Positions 36,868-46,790 of a DNA stretch of 64,000 nucleotides are shown piece after piece; positions within the stretch are counted from its first letter, which is position 1; every line of letters starts with the position of its first letter. The position numbers and the translations under genes were made by a program. The notes beneath the pieces were generated by a model that saw only the letters and a list, made by a program, of their open reading frames with translations, did not search any database and was not told where the DNA came from. The stretch comes from an uncultured Cytophagia bacterium (GTDB lineage Bacteria > Zhuqueibacterota > Zhuqueibacteria > Oceanimicrobiales > CAZGRP01). The stretch spans positions 9,834 to 73,833 of the forward strand of contig CAZGRP010000003.1 in assembly GCA_964527995.1 (NCBI GenBank), read 5' to 3'.

Positions 36868-38850
36868 TCAAAACCATTGGATAAGGTAGATCAACACGAC
36901 GGCGGCAAGCGCTGTGAGAATGTAAGTTTGCACTCTGCCGGTTTGGATGCCTCTGAGTTGCACCCCCAAATAGCCGACAAGCCGCGCCACCGCATTGACG
37001 AGACCGTCGACTACCCGGAGATCAAAACGACCCTCGGAAAAGGCCGTCACCTTGGTCAGATAGGCTGCACCGTTGACGATACGGTCGATGACGTAGAGGT
37101 CGAACCAGGCCATGACGCGGCTGAACAACAGGGTGCCACCGACGACCACGGTGCCGTAGATCTCGTCGAAATAGTACTTGTGCCACAACAGTGTGTAGAG
37201 GCCACTGAAGCGCTGCCGCCAGGCTTCGGCGGAGATCTGCTTCCACAGGTAGATCATCGTGGCCAGAAGGATACCCAGACCGGCGATCGTGATGGAGAGC
37301 ACCATGGCGATCGAGTGCGCCCCACCAGCTTCCACTCCTTCGGCAATCGCCTCGCCGCCCCCGGCCGATGCATAGGCCGCCAGAGAGGGTACGTGAACCA
37401 GTTTCTCAAACCAGCCCCCGTAACCGCCCGCCACGGCGAAGAACCCCAGAATGATCAGCGGCACCGTCATCACCCAGGGCGACTCGTGAACGTGCTCGTA
37501 CTTTTCGAGGTTGCGCGGTTCGCCGGCGAAGGTCAGGTAGAACGCCCGAAACATGTAGAAGGCGGTGATTCCGGCCGCCAGCAGAAGGACGACGAACACC
37601 GCCATCGACAATCGGCTGCCGGTGGTCAAGGCGCTGTCGAGGGCAGAAGCCAGAATGGCATCCTTGCTATAGAAACCGGAAAAAAACGGGACGCCCGAGA
37701 TCGCCAGAGTGCCGGCAAGGAAAGTGTAGGTAGTGATCGGCATCTTTCGTCGCAGTCCACCCATCTGGCGCATGTCCTGCTCGTGATGCATGGCATGGAT
37801 GATCGATCCGCTGCCGAGGAAGAGCAGGGACTTGAAGAAGGCGTGCATGAGCAGATGGAACAGCCCGGCGACGAAGCCGCCCACCCCAAGTGCCGCCATC
37901 ATGTAGCCAAGCTGACTGATCGTCGAGTAGGCAAGCACCCGCTTGATGTCGACCTGCACAATGGCGATGGTTGCGGCCAGGAAAGCGGTTATCGTGCCAA
38001 TGACCGCAATCACGGCCAGGGCTTCAGAGGTGTAGAGGACGTAGGTGCGGCCCACCAGGTAGACCCCGGCGGCCACCATCGTGGCGGCATGGATCAGGGC
38101 GCTCACCGGTGTCGGGCCCTCCATGGCGTCGGGGAGCCAGACCTGGAGCGGCACCTGGGCCGATTTGCCAACGGCGCCGCAGAAGAGCAGGATGCCGGCG
38201 GCTGTCAGCAGCCCGCCCACCAGCTGGCCATTGGCAACACCGGTGAAAACCTCTTCGAAGTTGAACGAGCCCAGCTGCGTGAAAAGGATGAGGATGCCGA
38301 TGAACATCCCGACATCGCCGACACGAGTGGTAATGAAGGCCTTCTTGGCGGCGTTGGAGGCGGAGTCGCGCTCGAACCAGAAGCCGATGAGCAGGTACGA
38401 GCACAGGCCGACCAGCTCCCAGAAGACATAGATCGCCAGGAAGTTGTCGGCCATCACCAAGCCTAGCATGGAAAAGGAGAAAAGTGCCAGATAGGCGAAG
38501 AAGCGGCTATAGCGCGGATCGCCCTCCATGTAGCCCACCGAGAACAGGTGGATGAGCGCACTCACCAGGGTGACCATGGTGACCATGATCACGGCCAGAT
38601 TGTCGAGGTAGAGGCCCATGCGGATGTCCAGAGGGCCGATCTTCACCCAGTCGAAGGCCCAGGTCAACTTGAAATTGGGATCGTGCAGACTGAACACCTG
38701 CCAGGCGAGAGGAACGGCGAAGAAGAAGGCAAGCCAGATTGCCCCGGTGGGCAGCCAATCACCCTGCCGCGGCAGCCGCTTGCCGAAGAAGATCTGAATG
38801 ATGAACGCCGAAAGCGGGAGCAGAAGAATGACAATCGCGTTTGTGATCAT
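36868..38850 (-). CDS. nuoL: NADH-quinone oxidoreductase subunit L.
   Basis: 660 aa. ND5/NuoL with long C-terminal helix region. Confidence 0.9.
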   Translation of the reverse strand: MITNAIVILLLPLSAFIIQIFFGKRLPRQGDWLPTGAIWLAFFFAVPLAWQVFSLHDPNFKLTWAFDWVKIGPLDIRMGLYLDNLAVIMVTMVTLVSALIHLFSVGYMEGDPRYSRFFAYLALFSFSMLGLVMADNFLAIYVFWELVGLCSYLLIGFWFERDSASNAAKKAFITTRVGDVGMFIGILILFTQLGSFNFEEVFTGVANGQLVGGLLTAAGILLFCGAVGKSAQVPLQVWLPDAMEGPTPVSALIHAATMVAAGVYLVGRTYVLYTSEALAVIAVIGTITAFLAATIAIVQVDIKRVLAYSTISQLGYMMAALGVGGFVAGLFHLLMHAFFKSLLFLGSGSIIHAMHHEQDMRQMGGLRRKMPITTYTFLAGTLAISGVPFFSGFYSKDAILASALDSALTTGSRLSMAVFVVLLLAAGITAFYMFRAFYLTFAGEPRNLEKYEHVHESPWVMTVPLIILGFFAVAGGYGGWFEKLVHVPSLAAYASAGGGEAIAEGVEAGGAHSIAMVLSITIAGLGILLATMIYLWKQISAEAWRQRFSGLYTLLWHKYYFDEIYGTVVVGGTLLFSRVMAWFDLYVIDRIVNGAAYLTKVTAFSEGRFDLRVVDGLVNAVARLVGYLGVQLRGIQTGRVQTYILTALAAVVLIYLIQWF

Positions 38851-38925
38851 GAGGCCGTCTGTCTATCGTCCAGGGTTGAATTCCGTGTCAACAGCGTTGC
38901 AGGCCGCTCTCGAATCTCGGAAAAG

Positions 38926-39234
38926 CTAGCCGGCCATCGAGTCGGCTTCGTCCAGATCGATCGTGTGCAAGCGATGATAGAGATTCAAGACAATGGCAAG
39001 GGAGACCGCCACGCCTGCAGCAGCAACCACAATGACAAACACCGCGAACATCTGGCCATCCAGGTCGGTGTCGGCGTATCGCGCGAAGGCCACGAAATTG
39101 ATGTTGGCGGCGTTCAGAATCAGTTCGATGCCCATCAGCACCGTCACCGCATTGCGTTTGGTTACCACCGCAAAAAGGCCCAGAGAAAAAAGGATCGCGC
39201 TGATGGTCAGGAAGCTGTTGAGACCTACCGTCAT
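38926..39234 (-). CDS. nuoK: NADH-quinone oxidoreductase subunit K.
   Basis: 102 aa. ND4L pattern ...VLMGIELILNAANINFVAF.... Confidence 0.9.
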   Translation of the reverse strand: MTVGLNSFLTISAILFSLGLFAVVTKRNAVTVLMGIELILNAANINFVAFARYADTDLDGQMFAVFVIVVAAAGVAVSLAIVLNLYHRLHTIDLDEADSMAG

Positions 39235-39722
39235 GTCCGCTCCTTTCTGGCGAGGTAGGCCGCACCCACCAGTGCCGCCAGGATGAGTATCGACATCACC
39301 TCAAAAGGAACCAGGAAATCGGTCATGAACCGCGTGCCCAGCACGGCCGAAGTCGGCTTCATGGGGGCGGCTGCATGCACGCCCCAATCGTTACCCCAGA
39401 TCACCCGCAACAGGATGCCGAGCACGAGTCCGATCACGAGCACAGCCGGGAGGAATTGCAGCGTACCGCTGCGCAGTTCGACACTGGTGACACGGTGGGA
39501 CAGCATCACCCCGAAGAGCAGCAGCACCAGAATTCCGCCGACATAGATCATCAATTGCACCACCGCCAGGAAATCGGCGGCCAGGAAGACATAGAGCCCG
39601 GCCACGCCAAAGAACGTGAAAAGCAGCGACACCGCCGAGTAGACGACGTTTCTCGAGAACACCATCACTGCGGCGGAGGCGACAGTGAGTGCAGCGAACA
39701 GATAGAAAACGAGATCTGCCAT
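39231..39722 (-). CDS. nuoJ: NADH-quinone oxidoreductase subunit J.
   Basis: Starts MADLVFYLFAALTVASAAVMVFSRN (ATG 39722). ND6/NuoJ. Confidence 0.85.
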   Translation of the reverse strand: MADLVFYLFAALTVASAAVMVFSRNVVYSAVSLLFTFFGVAGLYVFLAADFLAVVQLMIYVGGILVLLLFGVMLSHRVTSVELRSGTLQFLPAVLVIGLVLGILLRVIWGNDWGVHAAAPMKPTSAVLGTRFMTDFLVPFEVMSILILAALVGAAYLARKERT

Positions 39723-39727
39723 AATCC

Positions 39728-40717
39728 TTACAGGAGATAGAAGCCAGTACCAATGAGGGCGACGAAGGCCGCCGGTGTCAACACCTTCCACGAGGTGTAC
39801 ATCAGTTGGTCCACGCGTAGACGCGGCAGCGTCCAGCGCAGCCACATATGCACGAAAACGATCCCAACCCCTTTGCCAACGAACCAGATCCCCTGCCAGA
39901 CAGGACCGTTCAAGAACGAGCCGAAGGGGCTGGACCAGCCACCCAGGAAAACCGTTGCACCGATCACGCCGACCAGAAACATGTTGGCGTACTCGGCCAG
40001 GAAGAACATGGCGAACTTCATCCCGCTGTACTCGGTGTGAAATCCCGCCACCAGCTCCGACTCGGCCTCTGGGATATCGAAAGGTGTGCGATTCACCTCA
40101 GCCAAAGAGGCCACGAAGTAGACCCAAAAAGCCAGGAAGTTGAAAGGAAAGGCTCTCCAGATCAGCCATCTGTGCAGGCCGCCAACCTGGGCCTCGACAA
40201 TGGTGCCCAGGTTCATGCTGCCCACCGTCATCACACCGACGAGCAGCGCCAGCGTCGCCGGGATCTCGTAGCTGACGATCTGGGCCGCCGACCGCATTCC
40301 GCCCAACAGTGACCACTTGTTGTTCGAGGCCCAGCCGGCCATCAGAATCCCGACGACCACCAGCGAGGTGATGGCGACGACATAAAAAACGCCAACATCG
40401 AGGTTGGCGATCACCAGGTTACGGGTAAAAGGCAAAACAGCAAAGGCGGCAATCGAGGCCGCAAACACCACAATCGGGGCCAACTGGTGCAGCTTCCTGT
40501 CGGCTGCGGCCGGTACAATGTCCTCTTTGAGCAGTAGCTTCACGGCATCGGCCAGCGTCTGTAGCCAGCCATGAAAGCCACCCACGTACATGGGGCCGAG
40601 ACGGTCCTGCATGTGCGCCGAAACCTTGCGCTCCAGCCAGACGAAGAAGAGCACAAGAACGGCAAGGAAGCTGATCAGAATCAACCCACTAAGGAGGACG
40701 ATCCACAATTCGGTCAT
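39728..40717 (-). CDS. nuoH: NADH-quinone oxidoreductase subunit H.
   Basis: 329 aa. ND1/NuoH ...[38 protein letters not shown].... Confidence 0.9.
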   Translation of the reverse strand: MTELWIVLLSGLILISFLAVLVLFFVWLERKVSAHMQDRLGPMYVGGFHGWLQTLADAVKLLLKEDIVPAAADRKLHQLAPIVVFAASIAAFAVLPFTRNLVIANLDVGVFYVVAITSLVVVGILMAGWASNNKWSLLGGMRSAAQIVSYEIPATLALLVGVMTVGSMNLGTIVEAQVGGLHRWLIWRAFPFNFLAFWVYFVASLAEVNRTPFDIPEAESELVAGFHTEYSGMKFAMFFLAEYANMFLVGVIGATVFLGGWSSPFGSFLNGPVWQGIWFVGKGVGIVFVHMWLRWTLPRLRVDQLMYTSWKVLTPAAFVALIGTGFYLL

Positions 40718-40742
40718 TGGGGTCTCCGGATGTCGGCAACGA

Positions 40743-41192
40743 TCAAGACGAAATCACTTCACGTGGTACCGGCTGGCCAATGGTGACTTCCCGCTCGGGC
40801 AGACGCGTCATTCCGCGCCGTGGATCCTGTTCAGGTTTGTCCCAGTCGAGGTCGCCCTTGCCCCAAAGGTAGGCCAGGCCAACCAGCAGGATGCCGATGA
40901 AAACCATCATCTCCCAAAACGCAAAGGTACCCAGCTGCTTGAATACCACTGCCCACGGGAACAGAAAAACGATCTCTACATCGAAGATGATGAAGGCCAG
41001 CGCGATGACGTAGAACCGGATGTTGAACTGAACCCAGGAACTGCCGACAGCGGTCTCACCACATTCGTAAGTCGTGAGTTTGCTGGGGTGGGGAAGCCTG
41101 ACTTGAAGGATGCGGGAAAGGACAAGATTGCCAATGACGAAGAGCGCACCGAATAGCAAGAAAACCAGAACAGCACCAAACTGACTCAGCAT
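40743..41192 (-). CDS. nuoA: NADH-quinone oxidoreductase subunit A, with C-terminal extension.
   Basis: ND3/NuoA ...YECGETAVG...[16 protein letters not shown].... Sits 25 nt upstream of nuoH. Confidence 0.85.
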   Translation of the reverse strand: MLSQFGAVLVFLLFGALFVIGNLVLSRILQVRLPHPSKLTTYECGETAVGSSWVQFNIRFYVIALAFIIFDVEIVFLFPWAVVFKQLGTFAFWEMMVFIGILLVGLAYLWGKGDLDWDKPEQDPRRGMTRLPEREVTIGQPVPREVISS

Positions 41193-41424
41193 GTTCCCTC
41201 TCTTTACTGGTGAGCTACGGATCGCAAGGCGTTATTATACAGAATTCTTCCCTATCAGTCAAGCGGAAAATCCCCCTGCCTGCAAATTCCGAGGAAACCG
41301 AGACTTGCGATGGGCTGCCCGGGCGCCATCGAACATTCCCGGCATTCATCGACCCCGGACCACGGACCTGCTGCAGCGTATGCACAGAGTCCGTCGCCGA
41401 GGCGACCAGACCCGACAGCGGCGG

Positions 41425-43128
41425 CTAGTCCAAGCCCTTCTGGTAGATCACCTTGCCGCCCAGAACCGTCACCTCGACGCGTGTGCTCAGAATCTCGCCA
41501 GGCGGGATGGTGAGCAGGTCCTTCGACAGCAGCACCAGGTCCGCCAACTTGCCCACTTCGATCGAGCCCTTCTCCTGCTCCTGAAATTCGGCGTAGGCCG
41601 ATCCCAGGGTGTAGTACTCAATCGCCTGCTCGATAGAGATCTTCTCCTTGGGGTACCATCCTCCTGGTGGTCCGCCATCGGGGAATTCGCGTGTGACCGC
41701 AGCGTAGAGATCGAGCATCGGATTCAGCGGCTCCACTGTCCAGTCGGTGCCGAAAGCCAGCCGGGCACCGGCATCCACGAACGACCTGAAAAGGTAGGCG
41801 TACCTGGCCCGGTCACCGATCCGCTTTTCAGCCCAGCGCATGTCGTCGATGCAGTGGGAAGGCTGGATGGAAGCGATGACGCCCAGTTCGCGGAACCGCG
41901 GCAGATCTTCAGGACGAACAACCTGGGCATGCTCGATGCGATGGCGGGAATCGCGCCGGCCGTTCGCCTGGATGGCGCGTTCGAAGGCGTTCAACGCCCA
42001 ATGGTTGGCTTTGTCGCCGATGGCATGCAGGGCGATCTGCAATCCGGCCGCATCGGCCTCCCGCACCATCGTGTAGAGCTGTGCTTCTGACTGGATGGCC
42101 AGGCCCGAGGTAGAGGGATCGTCGTCGTAGGGCTGGTAGAAAAGCGCCGAGCCGGCGCCCATGGAACCGTCCGCAAAGATCTTCACAGCACCGGTGCGTA
42201 GCATGACATCGCCGAACGCGGCCTGTAACCCGACCTTTCGCAAATCGTCCCTGACATCGATGCTACGGATGGCGTAAATGCGGGTGATGAGCTTACCCTG
42301 GTGCCACAGCTTCTGGTAGACGCGAAAGGCCTCCGCTGAGGCGATGTCCTGCACGCTGGTGACGCCAAGCCGCGCGGCCTGCTTCATCGCTGCCCGAGCC
42401 GCCTGCATGTACTCTTCCTCCGACGGTTCCGGCACGACACGGAAAACCAGGTCCTGGGCGTTGTCGATGAGGATGCCGGTCGGCTCGCCGGTTTTCGGGT
42501 CGCGGACGATTTCGCCGCCCGGCGGATCCGGAGTGTTCCGGGTGATGCCCGCCATCTTCAAGGCGAGACTGTTGGCCAGAGCAATGTGGCCGTCGAGGCG
42601 GCTGACCAGCACAGGGTTGTCGGGAGTCACCGGATCGATCAGCTCTCTGGTGGGGTGCTTGTGGCTTGGCCACGCTTCATGGTCCCACTCGCCGCCCGTT
42701 ACCCATTTCCCTTTGGGGAGCCGTGCCACGTAGTCCTTGAGGATCTGCACGAACTCCTGCTCGTTGCGGGCCTTCCTGAGGTTGATTCCGAGCAGCGAGA
42801 AGCCACCGCCCATGAAATGCGTGTGGGCGTCGTTGAACCCGGGCAGTAGCAGCTTGCCACCGGCGTCGATCACTCGCGTCTCGGGCCCGACTCGCCGGCG
42901 GACTTCAGAGTTCGAGCCGACCACGGCAATCCTTTCACCGGAAACGCCCACAGCCTGGGCCGTGGGCTGGCGCCTGTTCACCGTCCACACTTTGGCGTTG
43001 ACGATGGCAAGATCAAGCATTGCCTCTCTCCCACCTTGCCGGCCGCAGCCCAGATTCAGAGCTGCGACGCAAAAAGCCGCCATGACCCATCGAGCCCGCG
43101 GCCACAGGTTCAATGTCTTTTTCTCCAT
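41425..43128 (-). CDS. Amidohydrolase-family (Amidohydro_3-type) metal-dependent hydrolase. Secreted or lipoprotein.
   Basis: Start MEKKTLNLWPRARWVMAAFCVAALNLGCG (ATG 43128). ...LLLPGFNDAHTHFMGGG... metal-binding HxH. C-terminal Amidohydro_3 blocks. Confidence 0.8.
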   Translation of the reverse strand: MEKKTLNLWPRARWVMAAFCVAALNLGCGRQGGREAMLDLAIVNAKVWTVNRRQPTAQAVGVSGERIAVVGSNSEVRRRVGPETRVIDAGGKLLLPGFNDAHTHFMGGGFSLLGINLRKARNEQEFVQILKDYVARLPKGKWVTGGEWDHEAWPSHKHPTRELIDPVTPDNPVLVSRLDGHIALANSLALKMAGITRNTPDPPGGEIVRDPKTGEPTGILIDNAQDLVFRVVPEPSEEEYMQAARAAMKQAARLGVTSVQDIASAEAFRVYQKLWHQGKLITRIYAIRSIDVRDDLRKVGLQAAFGDVMLRTGAVKIFADGSMGAGSALFYQPYDDDPSTSGLAIQSEAQLYTMVREADAAGLQIALHAIGDKANHWALNAFERAIQANGRRDSRHRIEHAQVVRPEDLPRFRELGVIASIQPSHCIDDMRWAEKRIGDRARYAYLFRSFVDAGARLAFGTDWTVEPLNPMLDLYAAVTREFPDGGPPGGWYPKEKISIEQAIEYYTLGSAYAEFQEQEKGSIEVGKLADLVLLSKDLLTIPPGEILSTRVEVTVLGGKVIYQKGLD

Positions 43129-43391
43129 TCGGCGAACGCCATGGTTACACAGAAAACGAAATACCCCAGCCAGAAATAGACGAAAGGGTTGTGCCACGGG
43201 GTTTCGAAACGGCGGACGATGCCGACCATCTGATAGAGTGCAAGCAGGCTGGCGAAAAAATAGGTCCAGGTCCTCCAGGGTGCCGACATGTATTGGCCCA
43301 GCCGCCGGGCCAGTAGACGCGTCAGCCACACCAGCAGGCCAAAAGCGGACACGAGGCCGACATAGCCGAGGGCCGAAGGATTCACCGCCAC
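43110..43391 (-). CDS. Small membrane protein (hypothetical).
   Basis: GTG start with a GGGAGGTG RBS. 93 aa with 3 predicted TM helices. Overlaps the amidohydrolase start by 19 nt. Confidence 0.4.
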   Translation of the reverse strand: MAVNPSALGYVGLVSAFGLLVWLTRLLARRLGQYMSAPWRTWTYFFASLLALYQMVGIVRRFETPWHNPFVYFWLGYFVFCVTMAFAEWRKRH

Positions 43392-43472
43392 CTCCCACCT
43401 GCCGGCGCGAACGGCCGGAAGTCACTCCGTCTTGTCGTGCCTCTCATGTGCAAGTGCCTTGCTGCCATTTTC

Positions 43473-43748
43473 CTAGAAAAGCCGGTAGCCGAACAGCGTC
43501 AGGGCAATGCCTGCGACGATGAGCAGCACAGCGCCGATGGCGGCCAGCGGTGCACGCGATCGAAACTGTCGCCGGCCGGACACCACCCCGACCGAGGCGA
43601 TCATCAGGCCGAAGAAGGCTGTGATGTGGCTGCTCAGTCCCACGAGCAAACAGAAGACCCCCCAGATGATCCACTTCTCCGCCGTGGTAAAACCACGTTT
43701 CTTGGCGACCTCTTCCGTACTCATTTCCACAGTGAAAAACGAGTCCAT
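43473..43748 (-). CDS. Small membrane protein (hypothetical, 2 TM).
   Basis: 91-aa ORF. Two hydrophobic helices (WIIWGVFCLLVGL..., AIGAVLLIVAGIALTLFGY). Confidence 0.4.
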   Translation of the reverse strand: MDSFFTVEMSTEEVAKKRGFTTAEKWIIWGVFCLLVGLSSHITAFFGLMIASVGVVSGRRQFRSRAPLAAIGAVLLIVAGIALTLFGYRLF

Positions 43749-43857
43749 CCGCTACCGGCTGCACATCGGTCCGCACCGGCCGAACACCCGGGTTCGAGCA
43801 AGCCGCAGGTACCTGCGCATTCACGCCGGGCGGCAAGCGATGCGACCGGCGGCAGCC

Positions 43858-44409
43858 CTACGGCCTGGCAATGCCGATAACACCGCAGGCCACGCGCGGC
43901 CCCGCTGCTCCCGAGGGCTGTGAGGTGAGATCGTCGGCCTTTGCGTGGACGACCACGGCCCGGCCGATGATCGAGCGCGGGCCCGAAAACGCCACAAGCG
44001 TGTCCGTCCAGTCCAGGTGCGCCTTGCCATCGTTGTCAGCCAGGATGTTTCCAAGGTCACCGACATGGCGCTGTTCGGACGTCGGTGAACCGTGCGAATT
44101 TCCGTCCGGGTTGAAGTGCCCGCCGGCCGACTTCCCATCCGCAGAGCTGCAATCGCCGTATTCATGAATATGGAAACCGTGATCTCCTGGCGTCAGGCCC
44201 TCGATGTCGGCGATCACACGCACGCCTCCCTCCACCTTGGTGAAAGTGACGGTGCCACGGATATCGTTGCCCTCGGTGGGATGCAACACGACGATCGCTT
44301 TGGTGATCTCCGGCCCCCTGGCCTGTTGCGTCTGCTGGCCACAGGCACCAAACCCGACCAGCGCGATCATCGGAATCCCCAAGAACGGAACCAGCAGTCT
44401 CCTTCGCAT
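43858..44409 (-). CDS. sodC: Cu/Zn superoxide dismutase (periplasmic or lipoprotein).
   Basis: ...GDHGFHIHEYGDC... , ...GGHFNPDGNSHG... , ...RVACGVIG. Signal/lipobox LVGFGAC. Confidence 0.9.
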   Translation of the reverse strand: MRRRLLVPFLGIPMIALVGFGACGQQTQQARGPEITKAIVVLHPTEGNDIRGTVTFTKVEGGVRVIADIEGLTPGDHGFHIHEYGDCSSADGKSAGGHFNPDGNSHGSPTSEQRHVGDLGNILADNDGKAHLDWTDTLVAFSGPRSIIGRAVVVHAKADDLTSQPSGAAGPRVACGVIGIARP

Positions 44410-44671
44410 ACCTTCGGCCCTCCTTTGTGAGATGTGAATGCCGCCCCAGGCACGTCTCTCAACATCACCGAGAGCGGAAGGTACGGAAATCTTTCGGCAA
44501 CGTCAAGACGGCAGCGGAAAAATGACGGCCGTTTTGTGCTCTGCCCTCGAAGGCCTCGACCACGGCCGCGACATCCGGCTGCAGGGGCGCCTTGAGTTTC
44601 GCGGGCGGCATGCCGATGTTCGGTCAGGAGGGGGGTCTGCTGCCAGAATCGAATCTCCTAAGCAAGCCGAC

Positions 44672-46084
44672 ATGCGGATTCTTATTGTCGACGCCCACAA
44701 ACCCATCACCAAAGCCCTTCGCGGCATCTTCGAGCCTGAAGGAGCAACCGTTCACGTTTGCCGCGACTTCACCGAGGCAGTCCAACGGCTGCATCAGCAC
44801 CGCTTCGATCTCTGCCTTCTCGGCGCCGAAGATGCAGCGCTGGAAAGCGGCGATCCTCCGTTCCTGTCCGATCTGCGCCGACTGAGCACCTCCTTTCCTG
44901 TGGCCGTCGTCGTCGACGCCGCAGACCGGCGGCAGGAGCGGCGCTTCAAGGAAGCCGGCGCTTTGGGTTCGATCAGCTTGCAGTGGCCGGCTCAGCGCAT
45001 CGTCGACCTGGCGCGGCGCTGGGTCGACCCAAACGAGCCGGCGCAGGGTGGCCTCGGATTCCGCAACATCATTGGACGCTGCGAGCAGATGCAGGCGCTG
45101 TTCTCGACGATCCGTAAGATCGCCGCCAGCCCCACAGCCACGGTGCTGATTCGCGGCGAAAGCGGCACGGGCAAGGAGCTGGTCGCCCGGGCCATCCACG
45201 ATGTCAGTCCGAACGCCAGCCAGCCCTTCGTGGAGATCAACTGTGCCGCTCTACCCGAGAATCTGCTCGAATCGGAGCTCTTTGGCTACGAACGCGGCGC
45301 CTTCACCGACGCCAAGCAGACCAAGCGCGGCTTGCTCGAACTGGCTGAGCTCGGCACCTTCTTCATGGACGAGATTGGCGACCTCAACCAGCGGCTGCAG
45401 ATCAAGCTGGTCAAGGCCTTAGAGGAAAAAACCTTTCGCCGCGTCGGTGGCACCCGCGACATCACCGTCACGATGCGAATCATGGCGGCGACCAACCGCA
45501 ACCTGGAGAAGGCGGTCAGCGAAGGCACCTTTCGAGAGGATCTCTACTACCGCCTCAACGTCATCTCGCTCTATCTCCCACCCTTGCGCGAAAGAGGTAA
45601 CGATGTCCTTTTGCTCGCGCACCACTTCCTGCGAAAGTTCAATCAGGAGCACGGCCGCAGCGTGGCGGGTTTCGATTCGGAGGCCGAGGCACTCCTGCTG
45701 GAGTATCCGTGGCCGGGCAATGTACGGGAGCTCAAGAACGCCGTAGAGCGGGCTGTCCTTCTGGGCGGCAGTGACATCATAACACCCGCCCAGCTCGCCC
45801 TGGGCAAAGGACACATCGTCAAGAACTATCCCGTGCAGGTGCAAGTGCAGAGCGGCTCCGACGTGTGCATCGACATCCCGCCACAAGGAATATCTCTGGT
45901 CGAGCTGGAAAAGGCGGCGATTCGGAAGGCGCTGGAGATGGCGCGCGGGAATCAGTGCCAGGCCGCCCGCCTGCTGCAGATCAGCCGCGAGACGCTGAGG
46001 TATCGGATTCGCAAGTATAACCTTGATGGGCGATATCACCCATCTGGTGCATCTCAACCATCCGCCGCAACTTTCGAATCTTGA
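44672..46084 (+). CDS. Sigma-54-dependent transcriptional activator (NtrC/Fis family) with a degenerate N-terminal receiver.
   Basis: Start MRILIVDAH at 44672. AAA+ sigma-54 interaction domain ...[19 protein letters not shown]..., GAFTDA (GAFTGA variant), [16 protein letters not shown]-terminal Fis-type HTH ...[20 protein letters not shown]. The receiver lacks the D57 equivalent ([10 protein letters not shown]). Confidence 0.9.
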   Translation: MRILIVDAHKPITKALRGIFEPEGATVHVCRDFTEAVQRLHQHRFDLCLLGAEDAALESGDPPFLSDLRRLSTSFPVAVVVDAADRRQERRFKEAGALGSISLQWPAQRIVDLARRWVDPNEPAQGGLGFRNIIGRCEQMQALFSTIRKIAASPTATVLIRGESGTGKELVARAIHDVSPNASQPFVEINCAALPENLLESELFGYERGAFTDAKQTKRGLLELAELGTFFMDEIGDLNQRLQIKLVKALEEKTFRRVGGTRDITVTMRIMAATNRNLEKAVSEGTFREDLYYRLNVISLYLPPLRERGNDVLLLAHHFLRKFNQEHGRSVAGFDSEAEALLLEYPWPGNVRELKNAVERAVLLGGSDIITPAQLALGKGHIVKNYPVQVQVQSGSDVCIDIPPQGISLVELEKAAIRKALEMARGNQCQAARLLQISRETLRYRIRKYNLDGRYHPSGASQPSAATFES

Positions 46085-46238
46085 ACCAATTATGACCCCG
46101 GATGCCGGTGCTGAGCCGGCATGGTTCATTTGCCGCACGATCCCAAGCCGTGTTCCTTCCTACCATGCATCGTCGCCACCCAAGCTAATTCTTTTAAAAA
46201 CAGCCCATTCTGAAGTAGTTACCCCACCCGCGAAAGTC

Positions 46239-46254
46239 GGGCACGGCGCTTGCA
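46239..46254 (+). promoter_or_regulatory. Putative sigma-54 (-24/-12) promoter upstream of the HTH_17 / ExeA-like operon.
   Basis: gGGCACGgcgcTTGCa matches TGGCACG-N4-TTGCW, with exact GG-N10-GC spacing. Sits ~50 nt before the ATG at 46307 and directly downstream of the sigma-54 activator gene. Confidence 0.6.
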
Positions 46255-46306
46255 GTGACAACAGGCGCACCTGACGACCCACCAACCACACAACGCCGGA
46301 GATGCA

Positions 46307-46777
46307 ATGGAAAAGATCAGCATCGTGAGACGGCGGCACCGCAGCCGCGAACTTGAAACCGCGGCCCTCTTGCGCGCGCGTCTGCGAGAGCGCAACAATC
46401 GCCTCGACACGGTGCCGCCTCAGACAACCTGGACGGCATCGCTTCCGGTCAGCATCGGCACCGAAGAAGAGCTTTGCTTCGAGATCGAACTCACGCCCGA
46501 GCAGGTCCACTGGCTGCAACAACACAGACGCGAAGATGACGGTGACTCGAACAGCTCGCCGGAAAAGCCGGTGATTTTCCGCTTCAACCTGAAGCATCCG
46601 GGAAACTCGGAGACGCTCACCTCCCGGGAAGTGTGCAAACTGCTCAAGATCAGCCGGAGGACCCTGTACCGCTTCGTGAAGGCGCGCCAGATCCCTGCCT
46701 TCCGGGTTGGGGGTTCGCTGCGCTTTCTGCGCCAGGATGTCGTTCGGTTTCTGTCACAAAACCGAATCGAATCGTAA
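46307..46777 (+). CDS. DNA-binding protein with C-terminal HTH_17 (excisionase-family HTH) and an uncharacterised N-terminal domain.
   Basis: C-terminus ...LTSREVCKLLKISRRTLYRFVKARQIPAFRVGGSLRFLRQDV.... Confidence 0.55.
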   Translation: MEKISIVRRRHRSRELETAALLRARLRERNNRLDTVPPQTTWTASLPVSIGTEEELCFEIELTPEQVHWLQQHRREDDGDSNSSPEKPVIFRFNLKHPGNSETLTSREVCKLLKISRRTLYRFVKARQIPAFRVGGSLRFLRQDVVRFLSQNRIES

Positions 46778-46790
46778 CGGAGTGAGGATC

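Noticed and set aside
43129-43425. N-terminal extension of the amidohydrolase ORF to 43425 (MTSGRSRRQVGGGG...).
   Set aside because: The extension is low-complexity and precedes a clean signal-peptide start (MEKKTLNLWPRARWVMAAFCVAALNLGCG) at 43128. The region is better explained by a separate small membrane-protein ORF in another frame (43110..43391).
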